A DNA stretch of 64,000 nt from Azolla caroliniana (lineage: Eukaryota > Plantae > Polypodiophyta), in assembly GCA_043228905.1 (NCBI GenBank), contig JBHGNT010000012.1, positions 13,516,001 to 13,580,000 on the forward strand, given 5' to 3'. A program made the translations under genes and the position numbers. Positions 11,059 to 22,900 of this stretch are shown here, piece after piece; the first letter of the stretch is position 1; every line of letters starts with the position of its first letter. Under the pieces are notes generated by a model. The model ran no database searches and was not told the DNA's origin. It worked only from the letters and a program-made list of their open reading frames with translations.

Positions 11059-13543
11059 TAGTGCCATGGCACATTGGACCCACCCCTTTAATCTTCCTCC
11101 AAAATGGCCCGGATGTTTGGTTTCGCCCGATCTCCTGGTCCGGGGACGCCGTAGTATCCGTAGGCGCGTCGTTGCACGGTTCCATGTCTTGTACGTGTTC
11201 GGTGGGGCTTTCCATGGTGTTAATGTCCCCTTGTGTGGGCGGTCCGGGCTGTGATGGCTCATCCGTCTGCGGACTCTCAGGAGGTTTAGGCTCTGTCCTG
11301 TCCGTAACTTCCTCCGTGTTACCGGCCGTAGTTGTACACTCTGATGAATGGGGTTGAGGTTCGTCTTGTTCGGCGGTCTCCCTTTCCGGTATCGCGAGGG
11401 GCTTTGCTCGTTGTTCCGTGCTGCCTACCATAGTTGCTATTTCGGGTGACGTGGGTTGACGTTCGTCTTGTTCGACAATATCACTTACTAGTATCGCGAT
11501 GGAATCCTCCTTTCGTCGCATGCTTCCGGCTTGCACGATTTGGTCAAAGATGTCCTCCTAACTTTCACCAAAATCATCTAGTAGCTACGCGAGTTCCTCC
11601 GAGTGTTGGTCTGCTAGTGTGCGATAATCCTGCGCTAGGTCCTTGCGTACTGCCGCAATGCTTTCCTCATTGAGTTTGTAGAAACCTCGGTCGTCTTTCC
11701 TTCGGTTCTCCTAGTCCGCCCGGTAAGTATGCAACTCTACCGCTTGTGCAGCCCAGGCCATCCAGCCTTTGTCTAGCGTTGCTTGTAATTGCGCCGTAAA
11801 CCTCTCTCGATTTGTTTGAAGAAGTATGTGCATGTTGTCGATTATTGCTTGGCAGCGGTTGTGCATTTCTTCCACAGTTTTCTTGAGGTTTTCAATTTCT
11901 TGTTTACTGACCGCCACTGCTTCCTCCTAATTGCTCCTCATTCCTGCCCATAACTAAGACTCCTTTGAGTGTAATTCCTCCAGCTTTCCCATTTCATTGT
12001 TCAGGCAGATTTCGACCTGATGCCTCACCTCCTGTTCCTGTACAAGTTGCTCGTCGAACCACGCTTTCTTCTTTTCCAATAATGCCCGGAGTCCCGTGAT
12101 CACCGTTTCCGATTTCTGCGCTTCCTTCCGTAGTTTGGAGTTTTCCTCTTTCATGCGAGTGTGCTCTACTGCATCCGCTTCGAGTCTCTCTGCAAGGGCC
12201 TTCATTGCCTTTCGGCCTTTGGCCCGGATGTCCTTTTCTCTGTCAGAGGATTGACGAAGTTCGGAGCGGAGGCGGTCAATCTCGGATTCCGCCAGTTGCA
12301 CGACCCTCTTTGCTTTTGAGGCAATGGCGGTCTGGGCTTCAACCTCTTCTCTCAGGGACTGGGCCTCGGCGGTGTTGTCTATTGGTCGACATGCCTACTA
12401 CGCCGTAGTTGCATTACATTCCAACTCTGTGATGCGTTTGTTTGCCTTTTGTTGCTTAGCTTGGGTTTGTTTAACCGTTTTCCAGAATTTTTTATTATTA
12501 ATCACCATATCCTTTGCGCCAATACGGACCTTAGGTAGTTCCCTATGAACCTCGACGAGGGTCGCATTTAATGGGGGTAGTTCAATTCCCATTCGGCGTA
12601 TCCCGACATTCTGCAGTCTGCCTACTCTTGCTAGCGACCCCTCATCATCGCTTTCCGTCGTTTGTGTTAGCGCGCGTTCAATCATTTGTTGTTCCGCATG
12701 CTCCTCGGCCATTCGTTGTGAGACTTTTATTTGTTGCGTTGCCAAAAATTCCATGAGTTCGTAAGTAGTTCCGAACTATAATAGTGTGCCGAACTCATGG
12801 GTTGTGTCCGGAATGTCCGGATACTTCAAGACCTCGCTTTCCACCGTAAATACGCCTTTCGATCGGTCGTGGTTCCCAGATTATTTCGAAAGTGGTGTTG
12901 GGTTCCGTAACTACAGAACTGTCGACCACGGCGGTCCTCTCTATGGCCGTGAGTGTGTCTTTACCTAATCCGCGCCCATCTTTCCTGTCCAGCCTCCGAC
13001 GTTTCGGCCTTGGGCTTTCCTAACGTTGCTCAGCTTCCTGCTCCTATGGGGCTTCCTCCCTTCGCTCCGGCCGTTCTTCCTATGTTGTCCGCGTGCTAGG
13101 CTGGGCTGATTGGGGTTCATCCTCCCATTCCGTGGTGGCCAACTCCGCTAACCTCCGTTTCGTGGTACGTGGCGGCAACGTGGGTTTGCTGGGTTGTGGT
13201 GCGGGCAGACCTCGGGGTGGGAATAGTATCGTCAAATACTATTGTATGATTGGCCTTAGCTTTTTGCCGCCTTCATACGCGTGTAGGCCTTCCCGTAGCG
13301 TTGGTCCCGTAATGACCCCGAAATTGACCGCGCGTCCTTCAAAGGTATCAATGATGATGCCTACCTTCTGCTTTGGCATCCCATAGGCATTTACATGCAC
13401 GCATCCAACTTCCAACAAGAACTTGGCTATTTCGCGAAAGAAGGGATCGGGGATTTCTTTCATCCTGTATGCCTTGGCAGATGCCGAATATGCCCCGAAA
13501 TATCTCTGCAAGGTTTCCGCAGGAGGAATGTCGAAATGTCTTT

Positions 13544-16500
13544 AACACCTTTGCATTCACAAGTGGAAGGATTGCGCATTCCACTTATAGATTCCTTTTA
13601 TAATCTTGCGATTTTAGAAAATTTCCAAAAACTTGATACACTAGTATCACATGTTTTAAATAGCATGTAAATTTTGCTAATTTTTTGAGATTTAACAAAT
13701 TTCAAAATGATAATTTCTAGAATTGAATAGTTTAGGGATAATGTTTAAATGTTGATGGTTTGCAGATATGAAATGTAGTTAACTTAAAGAAAATCACAAT
13801 TATGGTCAACTCAAGGCACAAGTTAAGATTAATGGTTTCACCGTCTTGAGAAGATTAAGGTTACATCTATTGTTAGACTTGAAAATGTTTTAAGTATAAA
13901 AGGTAATATTGCAATCCTTAATGTCATCATCTATAAATTAGTGGTCATTAACATCCATAAATTCACAACTCAAGAAATGTAGACAATATTTATAAACAAT
14001 TTTCATAAATCCACAACTCCTAAAATGTAGACGATATTCATAAATTGTCAAACTTTAGATGTGAACATTAATATATCAATTTGAACATAACACATAGTTA
14101 TCAAGGTATCTACAATGTTATAATCTCCTTCCTTATAAGAATTCCCCTTCAAAATTTGTGAAGTAAATGGCATTTGCAAAGTTCAATTACCATCAACACA
14201 ATTATTAATGGTTTTCTTCTAATAAATGAAGCACATATTTACCATAAGTTATCTTGTTGTGCAACATACATCTTTAAAAAACCTCTTTTATTTGAAAAAC
14301 AACAAGAGTTTTAAACATGAACATGATATGTTGTATTAAATTGACATAAAAAATAGAGTTTTCATCATAACTCAATACAATATATTGAATTCATGTTCAA
14401 AGTTTTTTTACCGGATTTAAAAAAATAATAATAATAATAAATTAAGCTTGAGTTCATAGAAAAACCAGATTTTTCATCACAATTCAATACAATGTATCGA
14501 GTTCATGTTTAAAGTAATTTTTTCTAATTTTTAAAAAAACATTTTCAATTTGTTTCAAATTTTTTTATTTTTTTTCAAATTTTTTATTTTTATTTTTTAT
14601 TTTTTATGGAAAATATAATAATTTTAAACATGAACTCGATACATTGTATCGACTTGTGATAAAAACTCTGGTTTTTTCATCACTTATTAAAGCTCCAAAA
14701 CAAAATTCTAAGACAGAGACGAAATTAGTACTAAGAGAGAAATATTAGTATTAAGAAGAATTTAAGGTGTAGAACACTTGAGAAAAGAAGAGAGAGAGAG
14801 TGTGAGAGAGAGAGAGAGGGACTGAGAGGGAATGATGATGACATGAGTTAATCTACAGCGTATCGAGTTCATGCGTATCGAGTTCATGTTGAAAAGCTAA
14901 CTTTTGTACATGAACTCGATACGCCTTTTCAACATGAACTTGATACGGCGTATCGAGTTCATGTTGAAAAGCTAACTTTTTTACATGAACTCGATACGGC
15001 GTATCGAGTTCATGTTTAAAGTTTTATTTCGGATTTTTTTTTTAAATAATTACATTTTTTCCTATTTTATTTTGGTATTTTGTTTTTTTTTCTAAAAAAC
15101 TTTAAGGTTTAATAAGTGATGAAAATAATATTTCATGTATTACAATGTATGGTCTAATGGTCAAGAGCTTGACCCATGTAAAGTTTTATTTCGGATTTTT
15201 TTAAAAAAAAAATTACATTTTTTCCTATTTTATTTTTGTATTTTGTTTTTTTTCTCTAAAAAACTTTAAGCTTTAATAAGTGATAAAAATAATATTTCAT
15301 GTATTACAATGTATGGTCTAATGGTCAAGAGCTTGACCCATGTAAAGTTTTATTTCGGATTTTTTTTTTAAATAATTACATTTTTTCCTATTTTATTTTG
15401 GTATTTTGTTTTTTTCTGAAAAACTTTAAGCTTTAATAAGTGATGAAAATAATATTTTATGTATTACAATGTATGGTCTAATGGTCAAGAGCTTGACCCA
15501 TGTAGCATAAGGTTATGTGTTCAAGTCCTACCATATCATGACATGAACTAAGCTAACTTTTTTACATGAACTCGATACGCCTTTTCAACATGACCTCGAT
15601 ACGTCGTATCGAGTTCATGTTGAAAAGCTAACTTTTTTACATGAACCCGATACGGCGTATCGAGTTCATGTTTAAAGTTTTATTTCGGATTTTTTTTTAA
15701 AAATAATTACATTTTTTCCTATTTTATTATGGTGTTTTGTTTTTTCTCTAAAAAGAAATTGAGCTTTAATAAGTGATAAAAATAATATTTTATGTATTAA
15801 AATGTATGGTCTAATGGTCAAGAGCTTGACCCATGTAACATAAGGTCATGGGTTTGAGTCCTACCATATCATGACATGAAAAGTTTAATTTTGGATTTTT
15901 TTTTTTAAATAATTACATTTTTTTCTATTTTATTTTGGTATTTTGTTTTTTTTTCTAAAACAAAATTGAGCTTTAATAAGTGATGAAAAAACCAAAGCTT
16001 TTATCACAAGTCGATACAATGTATCAAATTGATGTTTAAAAAATAAAACAAAATCAATAAAAAACTATAAAAAATTGAAAAAAACAAAATTGAAAACAAT
16101 TAGAAAAATTACATTAAGCATGAACTCAATACATTATATCGAATTGTGATGAAAATTATGGTTTTCTAGATGAACTCAAGCACAATTTATTATTATTATT
16201 ATTATTTAAATCCAGTAAAAGAAACTTTGAGCAAGAATTCAATACATTGTATGGAATTATGATGAAAACTCTATTTTTTACATCAACTCGATATAACATA
16301 TCGACTTTATGTTTAAAATCTTGTTGTTTTTGAAATAAAAGAGGTTTTTTAAACATGAACTTGAATCGTACTAAAATGTTTGTTTTAACAAGAGAAAAAG
16401 ATGCATATCGATAGTGCAAACAAGTATGTTGTACAACAAGATACTTTATGGTGAACATGTGCATCATTGATTAACAAAAAACTATTAATAATTGTGTTGA

Positions 16501-17402
16501 TGGTAATTGAACCTTACAAATGCCATTTACATGGTCCATAAAGTGTTTGCGTGGTTCTTAATCACTACTTAATGTTAATCTTTATAGTTGGAACGAAGGA
16601 TTACAACACAAGTATAACTCAGATGACAAGGAAACTTGCAAGAACTCAAGATGGGGATATTAATAGCTACACTTGTAGATGGCCATGACCTAGGGTACCA
16701 ATTCTGCATTGGTAAAGTTTTGGACGTGATGATGTATTAAACGTTTGTAATACATCTATCATTGACATTAATGAGGTGGATATCATTATGTATGACTTTA
16801 CACAAACAGAAGTTGGATGTATAAGGACAACAATGATATGCATAATAAAAGAGATATTAGCAAGTCTAGAAGATATCTCAGATTGAAGGCGAAGAAGATT
16901 TATTGCACAAAATTTGGAGATACCATTTGGTGAACACAATGATTTGATTGGTACATGGGAAGATGAGGAGGAAGAGTCACAATTGTATATTATTTATAGT
17001 AGTGATTCTCATGAAAAGAATCATGATAGTCATGCAAATAACTCCCAAATGTATTTGTTGTGCAACTATATGCAACAAATTTAGACAACATTTTATCGAA
17101 TGGAATAAAAACGTCCATTGTTTTGAAATATTCTACTTTGATTTCTTTAAGATCTAAAAACTTATTAGTTGTCATTTTTCTTTAAAAATCCACAAAGTTA
17201 CTTTTCATATTTTACCCAAATTTGGCATTTTTCAATTTTACCAAATGGTGAAATTTTCAACTTTTTCATCAAGTTTTGGAGAACATGTGATACTAGTATC
17301 AAGATGTTTTGTGAAATGGCAAAAAAAACCCCAAAATCAAACGGAATATTCCTTATCCTTCCACTTGTGCGCGATCCTTCCACTTGTGAACGCAAACGTG
17401 TT
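13544..17402. mobile_element. Non-autonomous TIR DNA transposon, 4-bp TSD CTTT, superfamily unresolved
   Basis: TIR AACAC(C/G)TTTGC(A/G)TTCACAAGTGGAAGGAT; subterminal inverted CTTGATA..CTAGTATCACATGT; CTTT at 13540..13543 and 17403..17406; AT-rich; excision restores the host ORF. Confidence 0.85.
14163..16530. repeat. Foldback structure: about 500-bp inverted arms around palindromes and about 165-bp tandem repeats
   Basis: 14163..14690 is the reverse complement of about 15970..16530; palindrome CATGAACTCGATACG-G-CGTATCGAGTTCATG; tandem units from about 15015. Confidence 0.8.
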
Positions 17403-17640
17403 CTTTCTCCGAGAGATGACAGGTCAAGCTTCTTCCGGATTGATGAGTTGGTGACCGTGTCTATATTAAGTTTCCTGGCGATGTCCAGGGCTTCAGGATG
17501 AGCGGGTGCCTCGGCAACTTTGATGTATCCATCCAAGCGCTTTTCGACGAGCCATCTACACAAGGCGGCAGAAATAGGGATCGGCATTGTAGGAGGGTGA
17601 GACTTGTGGATAGTAGGTCAGGTATGCTGACTATGGCAAA

Positions 17641-19945
17641 CTTGACCCTAGAAACTCTTAACAAAGGAAAGACCCTCCACAAAATGGTATACCCTAACGA
17701 CTCAAAATGGCCAACCCGATACAAGAGACCCCTCGCTTTCTTTTATGGCCCAAGGAGGGAGGACCGTTACAATGTGGGATCAATACTACCCGTTTTTCTA
17801 TACATTGTTTCCTACTATACATGTGCACATGTTGCACACCACCGACTTGCCCTATTTCACCCCAGTTTCACACTATAGCTGGAATTCTTCACGACATCCG
17901 CCCCCACCAAACCGCATGTCCACTGGTACGTGCCAAGTTTGGAAAAGGGTGAGAGATTTCGGCGTCGATGATTAACCGGGTCCTCTGTCTTACCAGCACG
18001 CGTTGGCCTCGCCGGTCTAAACAATCGGCTCCGGTTTCTTTTTCATGTTTGCCTCTACGTAGGCTAGTTCGACCCGTCGATAGGTCATTCGCCGCGATCC
18101 CGTAGTGCGCGCACTTCCCGTTGGCCTCGCCGGTCTAAACCATTGGCTCCGATTTCTTTTTCGTGTTTGCCTCTGCATAGGCTAGTTCAACCTATCGATA
18201 GGTCATTCGCCGCGATCCCATAGTGTGCGCGCTTCCCGTTGGCCCTTCTTTCAACCGTATGCATGCTTCTCGTCCCTTCGGATACACGGTGTCCTCTACC
18301 CGAGGAGCACCCGTGATGGCCCGCTTGGCCTCCGTCGACCGCTTGGCTAGTCGCTCCGTCATCATCTTCAAGTTCAATCCCGATGGCCTCCCGTTCCGCT
18401 CGGTCGATCGACCTAACGAACAACAGGACTTTGTCCGCCCCCACCAAACCTTGCTCCCGCTCTGGGAGCCGAGCAAACCGTCGCTCGAACTCTAGGAACA
18501 CCTTAGTTGCACCCCGGTGGGTCTTCGCCGATGCCACCCACTGGTTGAAGCCGCGCCATCCCTAGCTCTTCCTTCATCCTCCATATGCCTGCAGGATCGC
18601 CTCTTCGAAGGCCTCCCATGAACTATGAGCTTCCCGGAGCTCCTTTACATCCTCGTGCATGCGGACGGCGACGACCCGATAGAAGAACTCCAGCCTCAAC
18701 GCCTCGTCTATGTCTCGCTCCTCCATTTCCGCGTTGTAGGCTTCCAAGTAGAATGGGACTTTGTCCCCGTTAAAACGGCCGACTCTTTCGACCACTCGCT
18801 CAACCGCTTGTTGCGCCGTCTCCCTTCTTGTTGTTGCTCGTCCAAACTCCCTCACTGCTTCGACAAAAAAGTTGCATGAAGTCTTCTTCTTCCAACTCTA
18901 TTCTCCCTTGCCGCCCTTTCACGTCGGGCTCACCAAAGATGTCGCGTTGCTACGCGTGTGCGTGTAGAAGGGACGGGACCACAAGGATCTCAGACGAGGG
19001 AGAAAAGGATGCCAAGAACCCTAAACCGGAGGCAACCGAACACGAGAGAGAGAAGGAGATAGAAAAGAGAGAGAGAGCATGCGTGCGACACTGACTCTTA
19101 TGCATAGGAAACAAGGTGCTATGCTCCCGACACCACCAAATACACCAATATGAACAAACTGATACGAGTATATATATTACAAGGGGAAAAGATACAACCC
19201 CGACTCGAGCCGGGCTACGCTCAAAAGAAAAGAAGCTAACCCTAAGAGAGCCTCGCCGCCATGGCTGCCGCGCCCAACTTCTCAAGAAAGAGAAGAAGAA
19301 GAAGAAGAAAAATAAGTTACTGACCCTAGAAACTCTTAACAAAGGAAAGACCCTCCACAAAATGGTATAACCTAACGACTCAAAGTGGCCAACCCCATAC
19401 AAGAGACCCCTCCCTTCCTTTTATAGCCCAAGGAGGGAGGACCGTTACAATGTCGGATCAATACTCCCCGTTTTTCTATACATTGTTTCCTACTATACAT
19501 GTGCACATGTTGCACACCACCGACTTGCCCTATTCCACCCTAGTTTAACACTATAGCCGGAATTCTTCACGACATCTGCCCCCACCAAACCGCATGCCCA
19601 CCGGTACGTGCCAAGTTCGGAAAAGGGTGAGAGATTTTGGCGTCGGTGATTAACCGGTTCCTCCGTCTTACCAGCACGCGTTGGCGTCGCCGGTCCGAAC
19701 CATTGGCTCCGGTTGCTTTTTCGTGTTTGCCTTTGCGTAGGCTAGTTCGACCCGTCGATAGGTCATTCGTCGTGATCCCGTAGTGCGCGCACTTCCCGTT
19801 GGCCCTTCTTTCGATCGTATGCATGCTTCTCGTCCCTTCAGATACACAGTGTCCTCCGTCCGAGGAGCACCCGTGATGGCCCGCTTGGCCTCCGTCGACC
19901 TTCGCGTTGTCCCGGTTCTTGTTCCGCACTGATCTCCCGGAGTGT
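17641..19945 (-). mobile_element. Non-autonomous Gypsy D, tandem arrangement (partial LTR - internal - LTR - partial internal)
   Basis: LTR 18940..19574; LTR fragment 17641..17896; both followed by the same PPT-side sequence; tRNA-Trp PBS; gag fragment 18187..18855 homologous to element 1 gag. Confidence 0.82.
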
Positions 19946-22900
19946 TGTGCAATTTGGTATCCCAATCCATTTTGTTCTCATTGACTATCTTTTTGAGGAT
20001 AGTTTGTAATGTTTTGTTCGTGGATTTGGCCAAGCCATTTGCCTGTGGGTAATACAACGTACTCTTTTTGTGGACCACGGCATAGTGTTGGGTCAGTTCG
20101 CTGATGACCGTATTCCGAAAGTGACTCCCTTGGTCACTAATGAGCTCAATAGGGCAGCCAAAACAACACCAGATATGTTCGTAAAGGAATTTCGTCGTGA
20201 TTGTTGTGGTATTTTCACGTAGTGGTTTTACTTCTACCCACTTTGTGCAGTAATCTGTAGCCACCAGGATATACTTATTGCTAGTTCGGGCAGCCACCAG
20301 GGTAAAGGGTCCCACAAAATCCAGCCCCCACTTTTGGAAAGGATCCAACGGCAACACTGGTGGATGTGGCATTCTCCCAGCTGTTGTGGGCCATTTGTTG
20401 GCATAAATCGCATTGTTTCCAATATTCATACGCATCCTTTTGCATAGTTAGCCACCAAAGTCCTGCTTGCCAGACTTTCCGGGCCGTACCATTGCCCGCA
20501 TAATGTTCACCCGCCGTACCACGGTGAGCTTCACGTAAAACCACTGCCTTCTCATCTTGCCGTATGTCGCGCCTCTAGATGCCATCACTACCTTTGTGAT
20601 ATAGGACGTCTTCTACTAAACCGAAATTACGACTCCGGATGCCCAACCGTTTTTTCTCGTTTGTCCTTAATTGTGGTGGCGGTAACCCCATGATCAGAAA
20701 GTAGGTCATTTCCATCAACCACCGATCCAGAAAAGTCTTTTCTGTTCTTGTTGCTAAAGTTGCTATACACAGGATGTCCACATCCGGAAAGTTGTCATCA
20801 TCTTTTTGTGCCATTTCTCCACTATCTAATCTGCTCAAGAAATTTGCCAGCGCGTGTTGTGTACCCGATCGGTGCTGAATTACAAAATCGAATTCTTGGA
20901 GCAACAACATCCATTTAGCCAATTTTCCTGTTAGTGCCCAATTCCCCACTAGATATAGCAATGTCGTATGATCCACGTGAAACGTGAATTTTCGCCCTAG
21001 TAGATAATGTCGGAATTTATTGATGTTGTATATCATACCCAACGCTTCACGTTCCGTTGTGGAATAGTTACGCTCAGCCGTTGATAGTTTCCGACTGGCA
21101 TAGTACACTGGTCGGTACAACACACTACCTATTGCTATATCCGAGGCATCCACAAACGCGTGAAATGGTTTCGCCCAATCTGGTGGTTGTACGACTGGTG
21201 CCTGTGTCAGCATTATTTTTAGCGCATCATACGCCTTTTCTTCCGTTGTTGTCCACTTGAAAGGAGTATGGTGGACGGCGGCATGTAATGGTGTGGTGAA
21301 ATCTGCCAAATAGTGTATCATCTGATTGTGCCATCGTATTTGTCACCGATTGAGTGCTTTGGCATTTGTCGACATCTTTGCGTGAGTAATCGCGGAGATT
21401 TTGTTTGGATCAACCGCTATCCCCTCCTTACTGACTAGGTGGCCGAGGAGGGCCCCGCTTGTGATGTCGAAGGGGCATTTGGCGGGATTCAGGCTTAAGC
21501 TTGAAGTTCGGCAATGCTCCAGGGAAAGCTGTATATGCGTAAAATGTTCGGCTGCTGTCCCATACACCACAAAATCGTCTAAAAAGACCTGCATGAAGGC
21601 GGGTATATATTCCCCAAAAATCTTCGTGATTGTCTGCTGAAATGTAGTCGGCTCCGTCTTTAGCCCGAACATCATGACGACCGTGACATAGACTCCCTAG
21701 TCCGTGATAAACACCGTCTTCTCTTGGTCGTTGGGGTGCATGCATACTTGATTGTACTCACTGAAGCCATCCAGAAAGCTGTACATGTCATGCCCTGCGA
21801 CATCATCCAGTACATTGTCGGTGAAAGGTAAAGGGAACGCGTCTGTAATGGTTACGACGTTCAATTTCCAGTAGTCCACGCACACACGTATTTTGCCATT
21901 TTTCTTTGGTACGACTACTATCGGGCTTAGCCATGTAGCTTGCTTGACTAGTCGAATGAATCCGGTGTTAGGAAATTTGTCAATTTCCTCTTTTACGCGA
22001 GCCACATAATTTGGATTCATGCGATATCGACCCTGCTGGACTGGTTTCGCATCAGTCGCTAAATTGATCTTATGTTGATAGAACTTTGGATCTAATCCCT
22101 TCATGTCCTCGTGGGACCAATCAAACACATCTTTATACTTCCTGAGCAGTGCTATCATCGCCTCTCTCTGATCCGGTAGTACCTCTTTTGCAATGGAGAG
22201 GAATCGGGGTTTTGACGTCGTACCTACGTTCACTTCTTCTAGGGCTGAGGTAGCGACTCATCATGAAATTTGCATTTCCCTCTCGAATGCCGCCCATGCT
22301 CAGCTTAATTCTAATATCGACTCTAGATCTGGTTCATAAGCCTCGTCGTGGAGCGCAGTAGGCGTGGCGTAATCCGCCGTGGTTTCTATTACGTCGAATT
22401 CGAATAGCGAAATGATTCGGGAGTGCTCGTCGAGGTATGCTTCTAATTCTGTATCATCTACCCCATCTAGCATATTTATCTCTTCCGCGTATAACAGTGT
22501 TATCCCCTTGGGTTGTGTCGCCATTTCCTTTGTGGGTACGCGAACCTTGGTGCGTCCGCGTCGAAAACTGATGCACTTATGTTGCCAGCTCTGTTTGATA
22601 TTCGCCGAACGGTCTGCCAAGCAGCATAGGATACGCTCCTGGGGCGTTGAGGGCGAGGACTACCGCCGAGATGTCAAAGAGATGTCCGCCGATGATGATG
22701 CCTAATTTTCGGATTAAGCCTAAAGGCCTTATTGAGCGGGTATCCACCATGCGAAGCCAAAACGGGAAAGCTTCCCATTCTGAAATTCCCAATTGTTTGC
22801 ATGTCTTTGCGCTAATTACATTGACGCTAGAGCCTCCGTCGATTACGCATCTTGTAATTTCCTGACCGTGTAATACCAACTTAATAGCTGGATTGTGGAG

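Larger units (their letters stand above)
11041..17587 (-). pseudogene. Element C additional ORF downstream of integrase (coiled-coil and acidic/Pro/Thr-rich), fragmented and split by a DNA transposon
   Basis: ORF pieces 17198..17587, 13239..13511, 12398..12754, 11954..12301, 11711..11917, 10985..11536; removing the transposon restores SSLGERHFDIPPAETLQRYFGAY in frame. Confidence 0.75.

Noticed and set aside
13542-13545. piggyBac TTAA target site for the TIR element
   Set aside because: TTAA occurs only on the left; the right flank is TTCT, and CTTT explains both junctions and restores the host frame
14850-15900. Palindromic repeats resembling a CRISPR array
   Set aside because: Intervening sequences are themselves repeats, not unique spacers; no cas genes; eukaryotic TE context
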